Source of the DNA: Callorhinchus milii
Lineage: Eukaryota
Reading direction: 5' to 3'
Assembly (NCBI RefSeq): GCF_018977255.1
Contig: NW_024704743.1
Span: 114,888,001-114,952,000, forward strand
Length of the DNA: 64,000 nucleotides
Part shown: positions 60,901 to 64,000 of the stretch, one piece after another
Layout: every line of letters starts with the position of its first letter
How positions within the stretch are numbered: position 1 is the stretch's first letter
Made by a program: the position numbers and the translations under genes
Notes under the pieces: model-generated
Told to the model about the DNA's origin: nothing
Databases searched by the model: none
Seen by the model: the letters and a program-made list of their open reading frames with translations, nothing else

Positions 60901-63900
60901 AGGGTTTGAAATTCTAAACACTTGTACCTTCAATACCATTAAGGTATAAAAGTTGTATCAAAATTCAAAATCATAGAGAATTTTGGAAAATTCTTCAATT
61001 CCGTGTCAATTTGAGGCTGACTTTTTTTTGAGAACTGCAAAACAGCTTTCAAATAAGGAAGATTTATGAAGATTCCAAAATTTAGAACTTTGTTAAAATT
61101 TAAGACACTGATTTTAAGGCTATGCCACTTGAAAATTCAGGCCTTTGATACTTATAACCCGCCCATATCCTATGTACCAAATATTGAATATCCAACAGCC
61201 CATGTAATAAAGAACAATAAAGTAACTAAAATTTGAAAGTATGAAAAGAAATGTAACAAAATGGTTAAACTACATAAATTTTTCAGATCTGAATTTACTT
61301 GTAAACGTAGAAAATCTTTGTATTTTTCTTGTTCACGAAATTGCTTTTCTGATTGTCCATCATTTAACATATTCCCTTGGGGAAAATGTGATACGTTTCC
61401 CAGAGCACAGCCTAGGAAGAAAACAGTGAAAAGGGCTTAATTCAGTTCAACTTCATAAGGTTTAAAAATAAGACGTTATAATCAGGTGCAGGAAGTAGTG
61501 TCAGATCTATTATAATGGGCTAAGTCCATAAAATCAGAGGCCATATTATAACTGATCAGATGACAAAAATGGCCACCCATCAGCGCTTCCACGTCATCAG
61601 GTCACCACTGAGGTCACTTCCAGTTTTTGGTGCTGACTGCAACAGCGTGCAAAGAGCCAGCTAGTCCAGTCAGTAGCAACCACTCTGGAAAGAGTTTCCA
61701 GTGGTTTCCATGGTTCCACGTGCAAAATGCCGGCCAACACAGAAGCCAAATGTGTATTACACCTTCAATATACTGGGGGGTGGGGGGGGCTCACAGTACA
61801 AACTCACTGTAAACAGACGTGGGGTATAACAGGGTATGACTGTACCTGGCAACCATGGAATTGTATTCCAGCATGAATCAACAGCTTCAGCAAAGGGAAA
61901 TGAATTGAAAGGAGCAAAAACGATATTGCCATTGAGGGCAATGACAGACATCTGCAGACTTTTGACTGCCAGTGGGCGGAGAAGCTTAACCCACTTATTT
62001 CTCATGGGTTTAGCTACAAAATCAGTCTCCTTAAACGTTAAGATTATTCAGTATTTTGGTAAATTCTTAAATTCGGCCCTAATTTGGAAGCCAGTTTTCC
62101 ACAATAACCAAAAAGGAACTGCAGAAAAACTGTTTCCAAATTAAGACTGAATGTAAGACGATTCCAGAATGAATGCACCCAATTAAAACCATGTGATATC
62201 TCAAGCTTTTGAATTGCAAACAATTCTAGAAATTGATAGGTAGTGAATGAAAACATGTTATATGAATGCACTAAATTAGCTTTGTCTTTACATACTTTAT
62301 GTACCTTGATTTTTGTTTTGCGAGGCCTCAAGGTTTTCATCACGTTTGGCTAAAGCTCTGGCATCTTGTTGAGGATAGTCCCTGTAAGCACCTTCATTTT
62401 GTTGATGCATTTTCTTCAAATCAGCTAATGGACAAAATATTATTCATATTAAAATTACTTGCACTTGGTGTAGTGTCTGTAATGTCAAAATATCTCAAAG
62501 TGCTTCACAAGAAATTAGTGTAAAGTGTAATGACCTTATTGGTAGGTAATCCAATTTACATAATTCACAATCTTTCTACCTTTTTCGGGGTTAAGCAAGC
62601 GGTGTCAGAAAAATTACCACTGGGATAACTGGCTTATGGGGGCCAAGCATTCATAGGAATGTGCTTTTTTTATCCTTCGATGTTTGCTCTTTCTATCATT
62701 GTGAAGCAGAATTCACCCACTCATAGGGAATATGAGCTGCATTTAGACATTTTAAGAACAGAAAACTGGCTTCCGAACCAAAAATCAATAAGAATTTTCC
62801 AAATTTCCACACAATATAAAATTTTAAGAAGGGGTCTCAGGAATTAGTCTAGAAGGCATTTCAAACCTCTGGTAAGGACAAGGCTTGGCTCTGATGCCCA
62901 TCAGGATCGAATAGCTTACAACAATCACTATCTACTCTCACATTTTAAGAACAGCTCACATATAAGTTAGGTGAGGTACCCAAAGGTTGCCAGTACCCAT
63001 GGAACTGCACTCCAGCAAGAGCCAATGTCTGCTAGAGAAGCCGAGCAGAAAAAACACAGGCAAGATCGGCCAAAAGCTGAAAAGACAATGTTGTGTTAGT
63101 GCCAAATCTGGAATAGATTAGGAAACAAAAAAATATATACATTAGTGCAGAAGAAGGTGCTTTTCTAAGTTTGGGACAAAATACAGGTAGTTTTACCAAG
63201 CATGTAATACATGCTATAACTCACCTCGAACTATTTAATGTTGAGAATGGATGCACAACCTTAAATTGACGAGCACAAAACCCACCAATGAATATAATAA
63301 TAATAATAATAATCCTTGCATTTGATATAGCGCTTTTCACGTCGAGAGGACGTCCCAAAGCGCTTCACAGAATAGACTGTAAAGTGAATTGACTGTATAT
63401 TTGTGGGCGAACGCGGCAGCCAATTGCGCACAGCAATGTCCCACAAACAGTCGTAGATTGAAAAGTGATGGGAGCAGATTGGATTTCTGCCTGCTTTTTG
63501 TATTTTGGCAAGTGCTGTAAATGTCAGAGCCTACACTCGACGTCACACTATTAGCAAACCAACATTATAATGGGGTTCCACTATGCTTTAATGTACCTTG
63601 CTACAGTAGAGAAATAAAATCTACAAATATACCCATCACCTATAAGCAGCGTTTCTCAAATTAGGCCATCATGACATGACCAATCAAGTGACTGGCAACA
63701 TTAATGTGCATGTATCCAAAAAGCCAATTGGCTTATCAGCATGCATCACACTTTAAAATCACAATTTTATAATTTTATAAAAAGTTTGAACCTACTCAGC
63801 AGATTTCCTTCAGTGTCTCGGAGAGGGGCACCTCCCCCTCCTCTTCCCCAAGGATTGTAAATCCTCATCTCTTGCTCGAGTCTTGCATCACATTTCTCCG

Positions 63901-63943
63901 TTTCTTCCTTTTCTCTTCTCTTCCGATCCTCCCTATCTTGCAT
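51746..63943 (-). CDS. CSPP1: Centrosome and spindle pole-associated protein 1, 5'-partial; 15 coding exons, 1812 nt spliced (~603 aa + stop)
   Basis: Phase-consistent exons encode [18 protein letters not shown] coiled coils, [35 protein letters not shown] and the C-terminal STAHG*, all matching CSPP1 as I recall it. Tail-to-tail synteny with ARFGEF1. Confidence 0.9.
52180..52315 (-). CDS. CSPP1: CSPP1 exon (DSPIAMHP...[18 protein letters not shown])
   Basis: acag|GAT...G|gtaag. Confidence 0.86.
52898..53007 (-). CDS. CSPP1: CSPP1 exon (SHGETFPLQ...[17 protein letters not shown])
   Basis: ccag|GA...TCT|gtacg. Confidence 0.84.
53093..53168 (-). CDS. CSPP1: CSPP1 exon ([25 protein letters not shown])
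   Basis: acag|ACA...G|gtaag. Confidence 0.86.
53710..53753 (-). CDS. CSPP1: CSPP1 44-nt exon ([14 protein letters not shown])
   Basis: gcag|CT...CTG|gtaagt; needed to reconcile the phase 1 and phase 0 ends of the flanking exons. Confidence 0.78.
54392..54526 (-). CDS. CSPP1: CSPP1 exon ([15 protein letters not shown]...[13 protein letters not shown]...)
   Basis: acag|AT...G|gttag. Confidence 0.87.
55310..55440 (-). CDS. CSPP1: CSPP1 exon ([22 protein letters not shown]...FNDLKYR), GC donor
   Basis: acag|G...AGAG|gcaagt. Confidence 0.85.
55877..56000 (-). CDS. CSPP1: CSPP1 exon ([24 protein letters not shown]...)
   Basis: acag|AG...AA|gtaaa. Confidence 0.87.
57794..57860 (-). CDS. CSPP1: CSPP1 exon ([22 protein letters not shown])
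   Basis: acag|GAT...G|gtaaa. Confidence 0.86.
58328..58414 (-). CDS. CSPP1: CSPP1 exon ([29 protein letters not shown])
   Basis: acag|CGA...TTG|gtgag; an in-frame alternative donor could extend the exon to 58295. Confidence 0.8.
58670..58816 (-). CDS. CSPP1: CSPP1 exon ([24 protein letters not shown]...)
   Basis: ccag|CAA...GAG|gtata. Confidence 0.88.
59650..60155 (+). mobile_element. Older DeuSINE copy with a nested inverted L2 tail
   Basis: Deu motifs; L2 tail in reverse orientation at about 59990-60037. Confidence 0.7.
60375..60524 (-). CDS. CSPP1: CSPP1 exon ([13 protein letters not shown]...RRKEEE)
   Basis: ttag|ATT...GAG|gtaat. Confidence 0.88.
61299..61411 (-). CDS. CSPP1: CSPP1 exon (...[29 protein letters not shown])
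   Basis: ctag|GC...CAA|gtaaa. Confidence 0.84.
62305..62424 (-). CDS. CSPP1: CSPP1 exon ([13 protein letters not shown]...QNKNQ)
   Basis: ttag|CT...G|gtaca. Confidence 0.82.
62564..62748 (+). pseudogene. Decayed 28S rRNA fragment (domain V, peptidyl-transferase region) in a CSPP1 intron
   Basis: GGTGTCAGAAAAATTACCACTGGGATAACTGGCTT...ATCCTTCGATGT...CTATCATTGTGAAGCAGAATTCACC...TAGGGAATATGAGCTG matches the universally conserved LSU sequence with scattered substitutions. Confidence 0.88.
63295..63464 (-). mobile_element. Same SINE family, 5'-truncated
   Basis: 3' half nearly identical to 9078-9240. Confidence 0.85.
63796..63943 (-). CDS. CSPP1: CSPP1 exon ([10 protein letters not shown]...[21 protein letters not shown])
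   Basis: acag|ATG...A|gtagg on the - strand. Confidence 0.88.
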
Positions 63944-64000
63944 CTGTACAACAATCAATCATTAGCAACAATTAGTTTTTGTATGAGTAAGCAAACTAAA

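Noticed and set aside
62564..62748. Functional rRNA gene
   Set aside because: Short, substituted, internally deleted fragment, treated as a pseudogene.

Overview
Vertebrate genomic DNA, AT-rich and intron-rich. The repeat content (Deu-domain SINEs, L2 and CR1 LINEs) suggests a cartilaginous fish; this is an inference, not a database result. Two convergent protein-coding genes fill the window. ARFGEF1/BIG1 (Sec7-domain Arf GEF) is on the + strand: 30 coding exons from 1021 to the stop at 48795, about 1412 aa of its C-terminal part, with all splice phases consistent. CSPP1 is on the - strand: the last 15 coding exons from 63943 to the stop at 51746, about 603 aa, including one GC-AG intron. The 5' ends of both genes lie outside the window. 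The introns hold a layered set of retroposons: young L2 LINE copies (one with an uninterrupted 299-aa RT ORF, two with clear TSDs), a young tRNA-Ala-headed SINE family sharing the L2 3' stem-loop tail, older DeuSINE copies, CR1 fragments and a decayed 28S rRNA fragment. I found no evidence of a wholly new gene system. The most interesting signals are the modular SINE/L2 partnership, an apparent (TTG)n|TA target preference of the L2, the 28S peptidyl-transferase-centre fragment with a microhomology deletion, and an unexplained 70-nt intronic hairpin. Repeat-family and orthologue comparisons are from memory and need to be confirmed by searches.
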